DNA of 39,283 bases from positions 1-39,283 of IMG/VR virus record IMGVR_UViG_3300019459_000018, one strand, 5' to 3'. Below are positions 36,891 through 39,283 of this stretch, piece after piece. The notes beneath the pieces were generated by a model that was not told the DNA's origin, made no database searches, and saw only the letters and a list, made by a program, of their open reading frames with translations. Within the stretch, counting starts at the first letter, position 1. Each line of letters starts with the position of its first letter. The DNA is from a virus. Its lineage: Duplodnaviria > Caudoviricetes. The position numbers and the translations under genes are program-made.

Positions 36891-37054
36891 ATGTAATTCC
36901 AAAATGAATCGACTTTCTCGATATAAGTTAAACCATTCTTTTTAAAATGTAAAGTTTTATGCTTATCAAAGCTAGGTGGTATTTCACCAACAGCATAAGG
37001 TTTGAATTCTACTGTTCTATTTGTTAATGTATTTGTTAATTTAATTGTTTTCAT
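36887..37054 (-). CDS. Small hypothetical protein (55 aa)
   Basis: MKTIKLTNTLTNRTVEFKPYAVGEIPPSFDKHKTLHFKKNGLTYIEKVDSFWNYI; A-rich leader. Confidence 0.6.
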   Translation of the reverse strand: MKTIKLTNTLTNRTVEFKPYAVGEIPPSFDKHKTLHFKKNGLTYIEKVDSFWNYI

Positions 37055-37063
37055 ATTTGTTAT

Positions 37064-37150
37064 TTAATTATAGTACATGTCTAATATTTTGTGCATTGCG
37101 TCCTCGCTAATCTCATTAGAAAGAACCATACTGAACAATAATTTTCTCAT
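37064..37150 (-). CDS. Small hypothetical protein (28 aa)
   Basis: MRKLLFSMVLSNEISEDAMHKILDMYYN fills the gap after the ligase. Confidence 0.4.
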   Translation of the reverse strand: MRKLLFSMVLSNEISEDAMHKILDMYYN

Positions 37151-37156
37151 AGCCGT

Positions 37157-38011
37157 TTATTCGTAATTGCGAATACTTTTGAATAGAGGGTGTCTATATG
37201 AGCCAGATGGCGTGCGTTGGAAGTATGTAAATGTAGCAGTCTTGCCAATATACCATTCAGCTATGTCATACATTTTTTCTAGCACAGGCATTTTGTCCAT
37301 TACAGGCATTCCGAATTCGATACCGTTAGCGTCTCGTGCAAGAAATTTGCCGATCGTGCCAGTACGTTTGCCCTGGCCTTCCACCCAGCCGATGATCGTT
37401 GCTTCGGTGTCGTAGAAATCTTTGAACTTTTGTAAATTGTAACTGCGTTTGTTTTCATATGGTTTGTTATTACGTAAGATTGAGCCCTCATAGCCTAGAT
37501 CAAGAAAGCGTTTGTGCCATTCAGTAGCGGATTCAATAATTGATACTTCATGTGTTTCAACTGTTTTACAGTATTGTAATGTAAACTCTTTGTGTAAGTT
37601 TTTAATGCTTTCATTGCGATACCTAAAACTATTATCAGGCGTTTCAGGCATAAATATATCGTAGTTGTGAAATTGTATTACTTTAGCTTCGTTACGCTCA
37701 GCATCAGATGGTGTTTGTTTACGCACAAGTGAGATAATCTTGTTGAAGTTATCTTTGTAATTGTGATTGTATAACTCGCCGTCTAGCACAACGTGAGGAT
37801 ACTTAGCAAACAAAGGTGCAAGCTCATCTAGTATGTGCTGAGCGTTCATAAATTGTTTATGGTTACGTGAAAACGCGCCGTCTTGAGTAATGTAGCAACG
37901 CACGCCGTCCAGCTTCGGTTGAATAAAAGAATCTTTATCAAATTCTTTTTTACCTACTGGATGCGCAAGCATTACATTAAAGGTTGTCATATTCTTTTTT
38001 AATTTTTTCAT
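37157..38011 (-). CDS. ATP-dependent DNA ligase (minimal type)
   Basis: Motif I QPKLDGVR, LDGELY, YDI, EGSILR, LQKFK, OB-fold ending YRHP; real start may be the downstream ATG (MTTFNVMLA). Confidence 0.92.
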   Translation of the reverse strand: MKKLKKNMTTFNVMLAHPVGKKEFDKDSFIQPKLDGVRCYITQDGAFSRNHKQFMNAQHILDELAPLFAKYPHVVLDGELYNHNYKDNFNKIISLVRKQTPSDAERNEAKVIQFHNYDIFMPETPDNSFRYRNESIKNLHKEFTLQYCKTVETHEVSIIESATEWHKRFLDLGYEGSILRNNKPYENKRSYNLQKFKDFYDTEATIIGWVEGQGKRTGTIGKFLARDANGIEFGMPVMDKMPVLEKMYDIAEWYIGKTATFTYFQRTPSGSYRHPLFKSIRNYE

Positions 38012-38297
38012 ATATTTCTTTAAGCTCGGTTAATAATTCATATTTTTCTTCTTCTAATAATTTTTTTGCAGTATCTTCTAATTGAAGCATTTGCTCTGCT
38101 AATAAATCTTTTTGTGTATATTCTTGGCTATATTTTATATTACCAAAAGCATCAATATCTTTACTAAAAAATTCTTGTGGACCCATTGCGTCAAACGATA
38201 TTATTGTTTTGTCTATTGGACCTAAATAATCTTTTAGTCTATTAAATACTTTATCAGCTATCATATCTGATAATAGCTCCATTTGATCTTGGGTCAT
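37977..38297 (-). CDS. Hypothetical protein with UVR-like C-terminal coiled coil
   Basis: 106 aa ending LEDTAKKLLEEEKYELLTELKE. Confidence 0.55.
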   Translation of the reverse strand: MTQDQMELLSDMIADKVFNRLKDYLGPIDKTIISFDAMGPQEFFSKDIDAFGNIKYSQEYTQKDLLAEQMLQLEDTAKKLLEEEKYELLTELKEIYEKIKKEYDNL

Positions 38298-38377
38298 ATT
38301 CTAATTCTTTAAACATATTAATAATTTCTTCACTTATATTATCACTTTGCAATGGTGTTTGTAACGTATTTTTCATA

Positions 38378-38632
38378 TTATTTTATATAATTATTTGTTG
38401 TGCATAGCATTTTCATTGTACGCCATACTCTTAAATCTCTAATTGCACCATAAGCAAGGTCAAACGTTTGTTGGCTATCAACACCTGCTAGGCCATTGTG
38501 TCTGTTTTTAAAATAATATCCAACTTCGTATTTGCCATGATGAATTTTAGCATAAAGTTTATTTTTTATTCTTTCATCAACATATTTTTGCATTTCTTTT
38601 TTATTCATCTTCGTCTTCGTGCTGTTCAACAT
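38378..38632 (-). CDS. Hypothetical protein
   Basis: 84-aa ORF (likely start at internal MNKKEM). Confidence 0.55.
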   Translation of the reverse strand: MLNSTKTKMNKKEMQKYVDERIKNKLYAKIHHGKYEVGYYFKNRHNGLAGVDSQQTFDLAYGAIRDLRVWRTMKMLCTTNNYIK

Positions 38633-38921
38633 AATCTTCTATTTCGTATTCATTAAAGAATTGTTCAATATCTGAACAGTATACTACAGTTTGCTCGTCA
38701 TCATAATCATAACTTACGTCTTTAATGCGTTCAATAATATCATCAAAGCTTGGTTCATAATAATATACGTCTTCTTCCCAATTTATATTTCTATCATCAT
38801 TAGTTATAATGAACACTTCATAGCCGTCAACCGTGCTCTGAGTATATATACTTAGCTCTGGATTACGTGGCCAATCTTCTGTAATTTTTACGTTAAGTAA
38901 TTTTTCTAGTTTTTCAATCAT
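38601..38921 (-). CDS. Acidic hypothetical protein (106 aa)
   Basis: D/E/Y-rich ORF immediately downstream of the tRNA. Confidence 0.6.
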   Translation of the reverse strand: MIEKLEKLLNVKITEDWPRNPELSIYTQSTVDGYEVFIITNDDRNINWEEDVYYYEPSFDDIIERIKDVSYDYDDEQTVVYCSDIEQFFNEYEIEDYVEQHEDEDE

Positions 38922-38941
38922 TGTATTTAATTTAATATTAG

Positions 38942-39014
38942 TTGCGGTGACAGGATTCGAACCTGTGACCTCGAGTTTATGAGACTCGCGAGCTGACCTC
39001 TGCTCTACACCGCT
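38942..39014 (-). tRNA. tRNA-Met(CAT), initiator-like
   Basis: AGCGGTG TA GAGC AGAGGTCA GCTC G CGAGT CTCATAA ACTCG AGGTC ACAGG TTCGAAT CCTGT CACCGCA A: full cloverleaf, anticodon CAT, A1xA72 mismatch, A11-U24; CCA not encoded. Confidence 0.92.
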
Positions 39015-39020
39015 AAAAAT

Positions 39021-39200
39021 TAGGGCCTCACCATTGCTTTTCGTTTACACTCCCACGCTAGCCAAGAGGTACGCCGGTTTTTTTGGCCCTATATAAGATA
39101 CCGAGGGCACAGCTCATTACCTGTATTTTAACTAGTATCATATCGCTCGTCAGCGACCCTCGGTGTAATATTGCTCCCTAAAGGTTCTCTTCAATATTAC
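39021..39200 (-). ncRNA. Three tandem structured RNA elements between the two tRNA-like genes
   Basis: Closing stems 39021-27/39085-91 (7 bp), 39100-07/39157-64 (8 bp, with internal TCGCT-GACG-AGCGA hairpin), 39165-73/39192-200 (9 bp); GC-richer than flanks; no ORF in track. Confidence 0.5.
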
Positions 39201-39205
39201 TTTTG

Positions 39206-39281
39206 TGGACGTGGTAGGAGTCGAACCTACGTTTGCTGATAGTGTACTTTCGAACTTTGTCAGCACTTACCCGTCACGCCC
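39206..39281 (-). ncRNA. tRNA-like RNA resembling an isolated tmRNA tRNA-like domain
   Basis: GGGCGTG ACGGGTAAG TGCTGA CAAAGTTCGAAAGTACACTA TCAGCA AAC GTAGG TTCGACT CCTAC CACGTCC A: 7-bp acceptor with G3.U70 and A73, perfect T-arm, no D-stem, no canonical anticodon loop. Confidence 0.7.
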
Positions 39282-39283
39282 AA

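Noticed and set aside
38330-38366. TTACAAAC...GTGATAATATA on the - strand as a phage promoter, or a 40-aa ORF (38254-38376) across it
   Set aside because: I found no second copy of the motif in the window and cannot choose between promoter and ORF.
39143-39156. CUGACGAG on the - strand as a hammerhead ribozyme core
   Set aside because: Sequence is sequestered in a TCGCT/AGCGA hairpin and no suitably placed GAAA plus stems II/III were found.
1-39283. Stop-codon reassignment as in some crAss-like phages
   Set aside because: Long genes are intact and tile tightly under the standard code; TAG and TGA act as stops; no suppressor tRNA seen.
1-39283. CRISPR array, integrase, IS element, intron or intein, reverse transcriptase/DGR
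   Set aside because: No spaced direct repeats or corresponding motifs seen; nrdA, thyA, terminase and helicase are uninterrupted.
1-39283. Restriction-site avoidance or CpG depletion as support for DNA modification
   Set aside because: Needs k-mer observed/expected computation that I cannot run; GATC sites are visibly present.

Overview
AT-rich dsDNA tailed-phage genome segment, most consistent with a podovirus of (marine) Bacteroidota/Flavobacteriia, broadly crAss-like or phi38:1-like (inferred from protein motifs; no search run). There are two convergent transcription units meeting at a bidirectional terminator near 24.6 kb. The + strand (1-24579) carries packaging and virion genes: terminase large subunit, portal, scaffold-like protein, major capsid, adaptor/ring proteins, tail nozzle, GNAT-like protein and three probable ejection proteins, one of them a 2486-aa multidomain giant. 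The - strand (24623-39283) carries nucleotide metabolism, replication and early genes: nrdA/nrdB, Holliday-junction endonuclease, two MazG-type NTP pyrophosphatases, a ThyA homologue, primase-helicase, SSB-like protein, exonuclease plus ERF, sigma factor, ATP-dependent ligase, many micro-ORFs and a non-coding RNA cluster. Top leads: (1) the ThyA homologue has Asp at the Asn177 specificity position and sits beside two MazG-like enzymes, suggesting a dCMP-methylating, cytosine-modification pathway; (2) a 76-nt RNA resembles an isolated tmRNA tRNA-like domain (G3.U70, no D-stem, no tag ORF), next to three structured elements and an atypical initiator tRNA; (3) the tail nozzle gene appears split by a grafted Ig/BACON arm; (4) the giant virion protein carries HAD-phosphatase, zincin, HNH-like and sigma-like modules.
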